A stretch of DNA of 40,791 nt from Candidatus Moranbacteria bacterium RIFCSPLOWO2_12_FULL_48_12 (GCA_001784735.1 MFSB01000008.1:1-40791); one strand, 5' to 3'. Positions 24,952 to 33,029 are shown, counted from the first letter of the stretch. Numbers and translations: made by a program. Notes: generated by a model not told the origin, from the sequence alone.

Positions 24952-25633
24952 ATGCCTATAAATCCAAATTATAATCTTGATAAAATAAAGTTTTCACTCG
25001 ATGAGGGAACATGGCAACGCGCCACTATACTTTATTACCAAACGAAGTGAGCGAAACGAAAGTTTACTTTCGTTTCCGAGCGCAGTGCCGGTAAAATCGG
25101 GTTGAATACCCCGCGGCTTGCCGCGGATATGAAACGAGCTTAAGCTCGTTTCAGGGTCCAGGGCTTGCCCTGGGGTAAATACCTGTTATGAGAAACACAA
25201 GGTAACAAAGTTTGAATCAGATTCGTATGGATTTTCAGCGGTTGTGTTTGGCAGCCGTGTGTATAAAGTACGTGTGTCGACGCGTCGTTTTGACGAAGGA
25301 GATTGTGAATGTTATCTCGGACAAAATGATGAATTATGCAAGCATATGGTAGCAGTCGCTATTTATGCTATACTTGGCGGAAGACCGCTATTGGAGGAAG
25401 AAAAGCAACAAAAAAATGATATATCTTTAACATGGTTCATTTATCAGAATTCACTAAGTGAGGACTGTAGTCGTCTTGCCGCTACTGTTTCCGAGCTTCC
25501 GGTAAGTTTGCAAACAGCCGAGCTTTTGGTTGATCTTCTCTTAAGGATGGATAAAAAACTTTGTACAGGCGGCGTTGATGATTCAGATGGAGTTGTTGGC
25601 GGTTGTATGGAGGAAATCGTGGGGGTTACTTGA
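24952..25633 (+). pseudogene. SWIM zinc-finger protein gene interrupted by a hairpin array
   Basis: A 32-codon N-terminal piece (24952..25050, ..EGTWQRATILYYQTK*) is followed by about 125-145 nt of hairpins. The rest lies in another frame (open from about 25133; track ORF 25244..25633) and carries the SWIM motif CECYLGQNDELCKH. Confidence 0.6.
25053..25173. repeat. Array of four consecutive hairpins
   Basis: GAAACGAAAGT-TT-ACTTTCGTTTC (25053..25076); CCGCGG-CTTG-CCGCGG (25111..25126); the palindrome GAAACGAGCTTAAGCTCGTTTC (25131..25152); CCAGGG-CTTG-CCCTGG (25158..25173). Confidence 0.85.
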
Positions 25634-25751
25634 AGAGTTTTCCAAAGCTGATTCGAGGTGTATTGTTGTATTTTGTAAGCTTTTTGAAATAGAAACCTGT
25701 TTTGGATGGGAAAAACCGCTTGTTGCAATTGCCAAGCGTGCAAGAACATGA

Positions 25752-25772
25752 TTTGGAAGCCTTGCTTCCAAA
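25752..25772. repeat. REP hairpin copy 4 (CTT loop)
   Basis: TTTGGAAGCCTTGCTTCCAAA, 37 nt upstream of the transposase ORF. Confidence 0.9.
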
Positions 25773-25808
25773 TGGTAGAATAGTAGAGAAGTATTAAGTA
25801 TAAAAATC

Positions 25809-26483
25809 GTGTCAATAAGAAAAATTAATTTCGCAAGTGGCGAATTTTATCATATTTACAATAGGGGAACCGACAAGCGGAACATCTTTTCCGATTTGGC
25901 AGATCAAGAGCGCTTTATTCAGAGTATGAAAGAATTCAATGCGCTCAATCCGATTGGCAGTATTTATGAACATTGCCGTTCTCAATTTGGAAGCAAGGCT
26001 TCCAAAAATGGTAAAAAGGACAAAAGGCTTGTAAATATAGTGGCTTATTGCCTGAATCCAAATCACTACCATTTTATATTGGAACAGGTTTCAGAAAAAG
26101 GCATAGAGAAATTTATGCAAAGGCTTGGTACGGGATATAGCAAATACTTCAATAACAAACACGAGAGATCTGGTGGACTATTTGAGGGAAAATTTCAAGC
26201 AGTACATATCGACTCAAACGAATATCTTCTGCATGCGAGTGTTTATGTCAATCTCAACGACCGTGTTCATGGATTTGGAAGCAAGGCTTCCAAATCTTTA
26301 GGGAAGATGTTGATTAAGAGCAGATCCAGTTGGGATGAGTATATGGGAAATGCTAAAGAAGGGTTTTGTACAAAAGACAATATTCTTGGTCAATTTAAAA
26401 ATGTTAAAGAATACAAAACTTACGCGGGAAATGTGCTGGTAGGTATACATGAAAGAAAATTTTTAGCACAAGAGAAATTTTAA
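25809..26483 (+). CDS. IS200/IS605-type Y1 (HUH) transposase, REP-associated tyrosine transposase (RAYT)-like
   Basis: FYHIYNRGTDKRNIF, HUH motif NPNHYHFIL, LFEGKF, and Tyr motif ASVYVNLN. Flanked by REP hairpins and containing two more. Confidence 0.82.
   Translation: MSIRKINFASGEFYHIYNRGTDKRNIFSDLADQERFIQSMKEFNALNPIGSIYEHCRSQFGSKASKNGKKDKRLVNIVAYCLNPNHYHFILEQVSEKGIEKFMQRLGTGYSKYFNNKHERSGGLFEGKFQAVHIDSNEYLLHASVYVNLNDRVHGFGSKASKSLGKMLIKSRSSWDEYMGNAKEGFCTKDNILGQFKNVKEYKTYAGNVLVGIHERKFLAQEKF
25986..26006. repeat. REP hairpin copy 5, in frame inside the transposase ORF (encodes FGSKASK)
   Basis: Starts exactly at codon 60 of ORF 25809..26483. Confidence 0.9.
26274..26294. repeat. REP hairpin copy 6, in frame inside the transposase ORF (encodes FGSKASK)
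   Basis: Starts exactly at codon 156, the same phase as copy 5. Confidence 0.9.
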
Positions 26484-26488
26484 AGTTA

Positions 26489-26509
26489 TTTGGAAGCAAG
26501 GCTTCCAAA
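26489..26509. repeat. REP hairpin copy 7
   Basis: Lies 5 nt after the transposase stop and 20 nt before ATG 26530 of the peptidase gene. Confidence 0.9.
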
Positions 26510-26529
26510 ATCTATTTCAATTGAAATAT

Positions 26530-27270
26530 ATGGTGTGGACGGATGAGCAGATAAAGAATCACAAGGAGGTGGTGGATGTTTTGGAGGGGATTGTCCAGGA
26601 GGTCTTTTTGTTTATATCAAAAGAGAAAATTGTCACGGAAAGAAGTATCCAGAAGTTTATTCTGAGGAAGTATTCAGAGTATGACCTCAAATCTTGTATG
26701 GGTTTGCCGATAGTGGCGTTTAATGAACACTCGGCACAGCCGCACTATGCCATTGGCAAGAAATCAAAAGTTTTGAAGCCAAATACTTTGATTCTCATCG
26801 ATATTTGGGCGCGGTTTAAGAAAAGGAACTACCCGTACGCGGATATTACCTGGATGGCCTATTATGGAAAATCATTGCCTATCAAAATACAGCGGGCATT
26901 CGATACGGTATTGAAGTCGAGGGATGCCGCCCTCAGATTTATTAAAAGTCATGCGAAGAAGGGAAAGTTACCGAAAGGACAGGCAGTCAATGAAAAAGCC
27001 AATGCTATAATATATAAAGCGGGATATGGGAAGCATATTCTCCATTCGATTGGCCATTCTATCGGATTTCGCTCGCCCCATGGTGCCGACAAGAATCTTA
27101 ATAAGAAAGGCGACGAGCCTTTGAAACTCAGTCTCGGTTACACAATCGAACCCGGCATTTACATTGCCAATGAATTCGGCATCCGCAGCGAGATCGACTT
27201 TTATGTCGATGAAACAATGAAACTGCACATCACCACCGGCCTCCAAAAGAAAATGGTTTTTATAAGGTAA
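26530..27270 (+). CDS. M24-family metallopeptidase (Xaa-Pro/methionine aminopeptidase-like pita-bread domain only)
   Basis: LILIDIWA, YADITWM, HSIGHSIG and GYTIEPGIY..GIRSEIDF match the M24 metal-ligand blocks. The start is taken at ATG 26530 (MVWTDEQ). Confidence 0.82.
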   Translation: MVWTDEQIKNHKEVVDVLEGIVQEVFLFISKEKIVTERSIQKFILRKYSEYDLKSCMGLPIVAFNEHSAQPHYAIGKKSKVLKPNTLILIDIWARFKKRNYPYADITWMAYYGKSLPIKIQRAFDTVLKSRDAALRFIKSHAKKGKLPKGQAVNEKANAIIYKAGYGKHILHSIGHSIGFRSPHGADKNLNKKGDEPLKLSLGYTIEPGIYIANEFGIRSEIDFYVDETMKLHITTGLQKKMVFIR

Positions 27271-27285
27271 TTAAGAATTTTATCT

Positions 27286-27786
27286 ATGCCAAAAAGAATC
27301 ATTGAAGATTTTACGGGGGCGAAGAAAGAAATGGATTGCATCGGATGCGCCATTACAGAAGCTGGGAAGGATCAGCCCGGATATATCATCGAGACCAGGC
27401 TGTTTCATGCGCATCAGGATTATGAAATTCCGATTATTGGATTTGTTGTGCTTTCTACGAAGAGACATATCATAAGTTTTGATGAATTTACGGATGAAGA
27501 GGCGGCGGAATTTATTGGATTGGTACGGGAGATTCGCAGGGCGCAACGCCAAGTGCTTGGCATTGAGACGGTATATTTTATTCAGGAGGAAAATAATATC
27601 GGCAGTCACTTTCATCTGTGGTTTCTCCCGCGCTATGAATGGATGAATGACGAGGCCAAGTTTGGAAAGAAACTAAACTCCGCTCGGCCGGTGCTTCAAT
27701 TTTCCAAGACGCATATGAAAACTCCGAAGAATATCGCCGCAGTAAAAGAGGCCGCCGAAAAATTGAGAGTATACTTGAATAAATAG
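27286..27786 (+). CDS. HIT-family-like protein
   Basis: N-terminal CIGCAI and a histidine-triad region SHFHLWFLPR, in which the third His is replaced by Trp. Confidence 0.7.
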   Translation: MPKRIIEDFTGAKKEMDCIGCAITEAGKDQPGYIIETRLFHAHQDYEIPIIGFVVLSTKRHIISFDEFTDEEAAEFIGLVREIRRAQRQVLGIETVYFIQEENNIGSHFHLWFLPRYEWMNDEAKFGKKLNSARPVLQFSKTHMKTPKNIAAVKEAAEKLRVYLNK

Positions 27787-27814
27787 GTATGTAATCAGTT
27801 ATGTAATTAAATAT

Positions 27815-28129
27815 ATGGTTCAGAAGTTCATCATTATCTATATTGCCTATCCGAACCTGAAAGAAGCCAAGAGGGTGACGGGGATGTTGCTCAAGCGAAG
27901 GCTTATCGCTTGCGCGAACTATTTTCCTGTGGCGAGTGTCTATCGCTGGAAAGGAAAAGTTGAGAATGCCAAGGAAGTCGTCTCCATCCTGAAAACCAAG
28001 AGAACCAATTGGGGTAAGGTGAAAAAGGCGGTCGAAGCCATCCATCCCTACGAAACCCCGTGTATTATGAAATTGGAAGTGGAAGCGAACAAATCTTTCG
28101 CCGATTGGATCGAGAAAGAGACGAAATAA
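27815..28129 (+). CDS. cutA: Divalent-cation tolerance protein CutA
   Basis: 104 aa: ..EAKRVTGMLLKRRLIACANYFPVASVYRWKGKVE..E..L..KT......V...I...HPYETPCI. Confidence 0.88.
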   Translation: MVQKFIIIYIAYPNLKEAKRVTGMLLKRRLIACANYFPVASVYRWKGKVENAKEVVSILKTKRTNWGKVKKAVEAIHPYETPCIMKLEVEANKSFADWIEKETK

Positions 28130-28146
28130 TCTGCTATAATGCAATT

Positions 28147-28515
28147 ATGAACATCAAAGAGCTTTTGAAAATAAGCGGTGTGCCGGTAGTAATTGCATCA
28201 CTTTGCTGTCTGTCGCCAATTGTCCTGGTAGTATTCGGAATTGGAACGGTTGGCTTCGCCTCATCACTTGCGGACACGCTGTATGGCGATTATAAATGGT
28301 ATTTTCGTATCGCTGGATTGGTGGCGATGGCGATCGCGCTCGTATTTTATTTCTGGCGGAACAAAAATATCTGCACGTTGGATGAGGTGAAGCGGAGGCG
28401 AAACGAAATCATCAATACCATCACACTCACGCTCATTGCCGGTATTTTGGGATACGTTTTCTTCTTGTATGTCGTTGTGCACTACGCGGGCGTGTGGCTT
28501 GATTTATGGACATGA
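28147..28515 (+). CDS. Small three-helix membrane protein with a CC motif (MerT-like first helix)
   Basis: The start is taken at ATG 28147 (MNIKELL..). [18 protein letters not shown]. The stop overlaps the msrAB start by 10 nt. Confidence 0.6.
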   Translation: MNIKELLKISGVPVVIASLCCLSPIVLVVFGIGTVGFASSLADTLYGDYKWYFRIAGLVAMAIALVFYFWRNKNICTLDEVKRRRNEIINTITLTLIAGILGYVFFLYVVVHYAGVWLDLWT

Positions 28516-29678
28516 ATATGAATATACAAGGGCGGTTCTTCCCATTATTTATCGGTATGTTGATCATCCTCGCAATAATTGTATTGGTGGGGATGTTTTT
28601 ATTGCGTAATCCATCTAATAGCACACCTATGCCGCAGAGAGATACTTTGCCTGAAGAAACAAGAACGGCGCTGTTTGCAGGGGGATGCTTCTGGTGCGTG
28701 GAGGCGGATTTTGAGAAACTGAGAGGCATTGTCAATGTTGTCTCAGGCTATGCCGGCGGGAATACGGATAATCCGAACTATGAGAACTATGCCCAGGGAG
28801 GGCATCGGGAAGTGGTCGAAGTAACCTACGACATTTCAAAAACAACCTACAAAAGCCTCGTAGAGCATAGCATACGCTACAGCGATCCGACTGATGCCAC
28901 AGGATCATTTTATGATCGCGGCGTGCAGTATGCCCCAGCGATTTACTATGCAACCGATGAAGAGAAAAAAGTCGCGGAGGCAGTTATCGCGGAGATAAAC
29001 GCCGAAGGGATTTATGAAAAGCCGATCACTATAGCAGTGCTCTTACGCACGAAATTTTGGCCAGCGGAAGAATACCACCAGGATTACTCCAAGAAGAATC
29101 CAGTGCGGTATAATTTTTATCGGAGCGGATCCGGGCGGGACGCCTTTATCGAGAAGCATTTCAAGAAAGGCGTGAGCGAGAAATTACCTGAAGCGACCCA
29201 GACGCCGATGGATAGTTCAGGAAATGTCAGTTTCGAAAATTACCAAAAGCCATCTGACGAGACGTTGAAGGAGACGCTTTCGCCGCTCCAGTATGCCGTG
29301 ACGCAGAAAGAGGGAACAGAGCCGCCGTTCGCAAACGAGTACGATGCCAATAAAGCGGACGGCATCTATGTCGATCGGATTTCCGGCGAGCCGCTTTTCT
29401 CCTCACGGGATAAGTATGATTCGGGAACCGGTTGGCCGTCCTTTGTCAAGCCGCTCGTGAGCGATGCTGTCATATTGCGTGAAGACAATGGATTTTTTTC
29501 CGTTCGGATGGAAGTCCGGTCGCGTTATGCCGACTCGCATTTGGGGCATGTCTTTGATGACGGTCCGGCAGAGCGCGGCGGGAAGCGTTATTGCATGAAT
29601 TCTGCCGCGTTGCTCTTCATTCCGAAAGTTGAGATGGAGGCCAAAGGCTATGGCAAGTATCTCCCTTTGTTTAAGTAG
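28506..29678 (+). CDS. msrAB: Membrane-anchored bifunctional methionine sulfoxide reductase MsrA-MsrB
   Basis: N-terminal hydrophobic anchor. MsrA motif GGCFWCVEA. MsrB motifs [24 protein letters not shown] and RYCMNSAAL. Confidence 0.94.
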   Translation: MDMNMNIQGRFFPLFIGMLIILAIIVLVGMFLLRNPSNSTPMPQRDTLPEETRTALFAGGCFWCVEADFEKLRGIVNVVSGYAGGNTDNPNYENYAQGGHREVVEVTYDISKTTYKSLVEHSIRYSDPTDATGSFYDRGVQYAPAIYYATDEEKKVAEAVIAEINAEGIYEKPITIAVLLRTKFWPAEEYHQDYSKKNPVRYNFYRSGSGRDAFIEKHFKKGVSEKLPEATQTPMDSSGNVSFENYQKPSDETLKETLSPLQYAVTQKEGTEPPFANEYDANKADGIYVDRISGEPLFSSRDKYDSGTGWPSFVKPLVSDAVILREDNGFFSVRMEVRSRYADSHLGHVFDDGPAERGGKRYCMNSAALLFIPKVEMEAKGYGKYLPLFK

Positions 29679-29691
29679 GGGAAATAAATAT

Positions 29692-29931
29692 ATGCATCAG
29701 GAAATTCCAAATGAAAAAATTGAGGCGGAAGAAATAGGCAATGAAACCGCGGAGGGGTTGATTGCCCGAGTGGAAGCGTCGCTTGAAAATGGTCTTTTTG
29801 ATAGACATGAGCGCGAGGAAGTGAAAAGGATGCTTCGGACGGCACAGCTTCTGACACAGAATACCAAAACAAAAAAAGAAATAAACCGCCTTCTTGCCAC
29901 TATTGAAAACATGTACGGTGGCCCGGAGTAA
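29692..29931 (+). CDS. Hypothetical small helical protein (79 aa)
   Basis: ATG 29692 lies after the msrAB stop. The longer track ORF start (29629) overlaps msrAB. Confidence 0.45.
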   Translation: MHQEIPNEKIEAEEIGNETAEGLIARVEASLENGLFDRHEREEVKRMLRTAQLLTQNTKTKKEINRLLATIENMYGGPE

Positions 29932-29941
29932 AAATTAATAC

Positions 29942-30703
29942 ATGCTTGCTTTCTTTAAACAATTTCCGGAAATAAGCGCTGTCCTTTCGGAAAAGAAGGA
30001 CGAATCGATGAAAGTTTTCTTAGAGCGGCCGGAAGAGAACAGGGAAAATCGAGAAAAGTTTTTTCTCAGGCAGGGAATAGATGCCGGCAGAGTAGTCAGC
30101 GCCGAGATTGTCCATGGTACAAAAGTAGAAATTATTACTTTTCAAAAATATACCGATAAACGACGGCCGTCGCTAATCGGTATAAGTAGTTTTGGTGTGG
30201 TGAGGCAAGTGATTCCGGGTACGGATGCATTGGTGACTAAGGAAAAGAATGTATTTTTATCTATTACGGTAGCGGACTGTCTGCCGATATTTTTCTATGA
30301 TCCGGTCGCCCGAGTGATAGGTATCGCGCATGCGGGGTGGCGGGGGCTTGTGGATGGGGTGATGGGGAAGACGTTTGAGGCATTTGTTGCTTGTGGCGTG
30401 GATAAAAAAAACTTATTTGTCTCCCTTGGTCCGAGTATTCAAAAATGTCACTTTGAAATCGGGATGGATATTTTACCAAGGTTTGAGGACTTTGAAAAAT
30501 ATATTAATCGCAGGGACGGAAGAATATTTGTGGATTTGCCAGGGATTGCCAAAGAGCAATTACAAGGCTTGGGAGTATCCGAAGACCATATTGAAATAAG
30601 TACCGCTTGTACTTTTTGTGAATCGGATATTTTCTTTTCTTACCGCCGCGATAAACCACAGAAAATCGAAGCGATGGTCGCTGTAATTGGACTAGCCTCT
30701 TGA
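29942..30703 (+). CDS. pgeF: YfiH/PgeF (DUF152) family purine nucleoside phosphorylase / peptidoglycan editing factor
   Basis: ITVADCLPIFFYDP, GIAHAGWRG, and a C-terminal CTFC..FFSYRRD. Confidence 0.88.
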   Translation: MLAFFKQFPEISAVLSEKKDESMKVFLERPEENRENREKFFLRQGIDAGRVVSAEIVHGTKVEIITFQKYTDKRRPSLIGISSFGVVRQVIPGTDALVTKEKNVFLSITVADCLPIFFYDPVARVIGIAHAGWRGLVDGVMGKTFEAFVACGVDKKNLFVSLGPSIQKCHFEIGMDILPRFEDFEKYINRRDGRIFVDLPGIAKEQLQGLGVSEDHIEISTACTFCESDIFFSYRRDKPQKIEAMVAVIGLAS

Positions 30704-30719
30704 AGTTTTATTTACTATC

Positions 30720-31112
30720 GTGTATGTTGCATTGACACTTATGCCGGAAGAAAATCCACAATCCAAAGACACCCGGGCTCTCCCGCAGGAGCAGCGTGGC
30801 GGGCAGGCTACCATCAAGGTGTGTTTGCACGAGAAATGCTGCCGGAAAGGCGCGCGAGCAGTTTATGAGAATCTCAAAGAGGGACTGGCAAAAGAAGAAG
30901 CCTTGGTCTTGCCGGTGTATGAATGTTTCAATTTTTGCAAAGAGGGACCCAATATCGCTATCAATGACAATATTGTCAAGGGGGTGAAGCCGTTTCTGGA
31001 GGTGGAGAGGGTGCGCCAGGAACTGCGCGATCCATCCTGCCGGGCCGATGGTCTTGGCTCCAAAAGCCTCGATGCTCTCGACGAGGTTTTGGAAGATATT
31101 GATAGGTTGTAG
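30720..31112 (+). CDS. Thioredoxin-like [2Fe-2S] ferredoxin domain protein
   Basis: IKVCLHEKCC..GA..V...L and ECFNFCKEGPNIAIND resemble the CxxxxC...C.G.C..GP.V pattern. The start is uncertain (GTG 30720 or ATG 30741). Confidence 0.6.
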   Translation: MYVALTLMPEENPQSKDTRALPQEQRGGQATIKVCLHEKCCRKGARAVYENLKEGLAKEEALVLPVYECFNFCKEGPNIAINDNIVKGVKPFLEVERVRQELRDPSCRADGLGSKSLDALDEVLEDIDRL

Positions 31113-31232
31113 AATGTCAATCCGCCAGCCGGCGGATCAAATGTCAAACCGACTATAAAACCTTAATGTCAAAACAGTCATTTTGGTTTTGGATTTCATT
31201 TGATATTTAGCATTTGAGCTTTGACATTATTT
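31113..31232. repeat. Intergenic AATGTCAAA/TTTGACATT-type module with central GC hairpin (second copy of the architecture at 8142..8290)
   Basis: GAATGTCAA, the hairpin ATCCGCC-AGCC-GGCGGAT (31120..31137), CAAATGTCAAACC and TTAATGTCAAAAC, then the inverted CATTTGATATTTAGCATTTGAGCTTTGACATT. Confidence 0.5.
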
Positions 31233-31296
31233 GTGGCTTTGTGGTAGCTTACCCTATCGCCTTTTAGGGCTTTCACAGCAGGAGAAAGAGAAGTTT

Positions 31297-31734
31297 ATGA
31301 AGCTGAACAAATACTTTTTTAAGAGGCATTGGCATACGCTGTGGAAAAGGTTTTTTAACGCTCTGCAGAGGCTCAAAAGAGCCACTTTTGAGTTTTTAGG
31401 GCGTTTGCCACGTACCGAAGATATGCGGGTGCGGTTTCGTATGAATACTTTTCTGAAAGATGGGAGATATTTTTTACAAGCTCAGTATGCTCGCTTGGTC
31501 ATACGCAGCGAATATACCAAACGTGATTTAGCAGTGCTTTTTGTCGTAGCCTTCTTTGTTGGTTACGGTCTTAAAACAGCGGCAGCGCAAGTTATCACCA
31601 TCGGATTTGATGACTATACGCTCCCTCCCAAAGAAATGCTCTTCGATTTGAATGCTGTTCAGAAAAAAATGATTGAGAACGGGAGTGTATTAAGAGAAAG
31701 CGATGCTATGCTAGGCGGCGCGTGTAGTGAATAA
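31297..31734 (+). CDS. Hypothetical single-pass membrane protein (145 aa)
   Basis: GGAGAAAGAG lies upstream of ATG 31297. One hydrophobic helix LAVLFVVAFFVGYGL. Confidence 0.55.
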   Translation: MKLNKYFFKRHWHTLWKRFFNALQRLKRATFEFLGRLPRTEDMRVRFRMNTFLKDGRYFLQAQYARLVIRSEYTKRDLAVLFVVAFFVGYGLKTAAAQVITIGFDDYTLPPKEMLFDLNAVQKKMIENGSVLRESDAMLGGACSE

Positions 31735-31748
31735 TTGTATAATATCGT

Positions 31749-32804
31749 ATGGATATGGAAACGCTTTTTTCCGAAAAAACCGAGGAGGTGGAAACTGATA
31801 AGCAGAAAGTGAAGAATCTGACTGCATTGGTTATTTTACTCGCGGGATTATTTCTTGGCAGTCTCTTCGTGGATTTAGTCCAACTGATGACTGGCAAGGG
31901 GTTTTCTCGCAATGCTGTGAAGAATTATGATCTCTTGGAAACAGGCGGCAAGACTTGGGTGGCTTACAGCAATCCGAAAGTGGCGGTCCAGGTTATCACG
32001 GACAAGAATTGTATCGAGTGCGATCCGAGCGAGGCGCTCCTCTGGCTCAGGCGGGTGGTGCCGACGCTGGAAGTTTCGTCGATTGAAAGCGATTCCTATC
32101 AGGGTAATCTCCTGATCGAGCGGTTCAACATCATTTCCCTGCCAGCCTTCATTTTTTCGGACAGCGTGGCGGAGACTGATTTTTATGCGCAAGCCTCGAG
32201 CTTGTTTGCGTTTGAGGGCGGGAGATATTTTTTCGATATGGGGAAAATCGGCTTGCCGGTTGGGAAATACTTGAAATTGCCGGAGGTGGGTGATGATGAT
32301 ATCGCTTTTGGTACCAAGGATGCCAAGGTGGTAATCATTGAGTTTTCTGATTTCCAGTGTCCGTACTGCAAAGCGTTTCAAGCCGATATGAATCAGGCGC
32401 GCAAAGAGTACGGAGACAAAATATTGTTTGTCTACAAGCATCTGCCGCTCTCCATCCATCCGCAAGCGGAAAATGCAGCCCTGGCAGCCTCGTGCGCCAA
32501 TGAGCAAGGGAAATTTCAAGCCTATGCTGACCATCTTTTTGTCAAGCAGGATGAGTGGGCGAAAACGACCGGAACGCAGAAATTTAAAGATTATGCCTGG
32601 CGTTTCGGGATAAACGGCCGCGAGTTTGCCAAGTGTCTCGATACAAAAAAATATCAGGACAAAGTGGATGCCGACAAGGTAGAGGCGGCGAGCTTTTTTA
32701 TCAGCGGTACGCCAGGAACATTCGTGAACGGCACTTTCTTGTCCGGTGCTGTCGGAGCCGAAGCGCTGAAGGCAGCCATTGATGCCGCACTTACTAAAGA
32801 GTAA
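31749..32804 (+). CDS. Membrane-anchored DsbA-family thiol:disulfide oxidoreductase
   Basis: N-terminal TM helix and a thioredoxin-fold active site FSDFQCPYCKAF. Confidence 0.88.
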   Translation: MDMETLFSEKTEEVETDKQKVKNLTALVILLAGLFLGSLFVDLVQLMTGKGFSRNAVKNYDLLETGGKTWVAYSNPKVAVQVITDKNCIECDPSEALLWLRRVVPTLEVSSIESDSYQGNLLIERFNIISLPAFIFSDSVAETDFYAQASSLFAFEGGRYFFDMGKIGLPVGKYLKLPEVGDDDIAFGTKDAKVVIIEFSDFQCPYCKAFQADMNQARKEYGDKILFVYKHLPLSIHPQAENAALAASCANEQGKFQAYADHLFVKQDEWAKTTGTQKFKDYAWRFGINGREFAKCLDTKKYQDKVDADKVEAASFFISGTPGTFVNGTFLSGAVGAEALKAAIDAALTKE

Positions 32805-32808
32805 AAAT

Positions 32809-32864
32809 GTATCATAATTCCACCTGCCTCGACGGCAAGGCGAGCGGCCGCGGAATTATGATAC
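32809..32864. terminator. Long hairpin after the DsbA-like gene
   Basis: A 13-bp outer stem GTATCATAATTCC / GGAATTATGATAC enclosing a GC-rich insert that contains GCCTCGACGG. No clear T-run on the plus strand, so a terminator role is uncertain. Confidence 0.45.
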
Positions 32865-32945
32865 AAAAATAAAAGCCCTCCAGTTTTTGAAGAACGATTG
32901 ATATTTTCGTTTTTTTACTGTAGACTGAAAAACGTTTTGATATCG

Positions 32946-33018
32946 GCCACCTTAGCTCAGCTGGTAGAGCAGTGCTTTCGTAAAGCAAAGGTCCCCAGTT
33001 CGATTCTGGGAGGTGGCT
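32946..33018 (+). tRNA. tRNA-Thr (anticodon CGU)
   Basis: Cloverleaf folded by hand. Acceptor GCCACCU/AGGUGGC, D arm GCUC-AGCUGGUA-GAGC, and anticodon loop UUCGUAA. T arm CCCAG-UUCGAUU-CUGGG; no encoded CCA. Confidence 0.88.
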
Positions 33019-33029
33019 CATGTTATGTT

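Noticed and set aside
22956-26509. The seven 21-nt palindromic repeats as a CRISPR array
   Set aside because: The spacing is irregular (845, 1094, 857, 234, 288 and 215 nt) and the intervals contain genes. The repeats occur in both orientations, and no cas genes are present.
22233-26600. Integron-like cassette array
   Set aside because: No IntI-type tyrosine recombinase or attI is visible. The cassette genes point in both directions, and the boundary repeats are 21-nt hairpins rather than attC-like sites.
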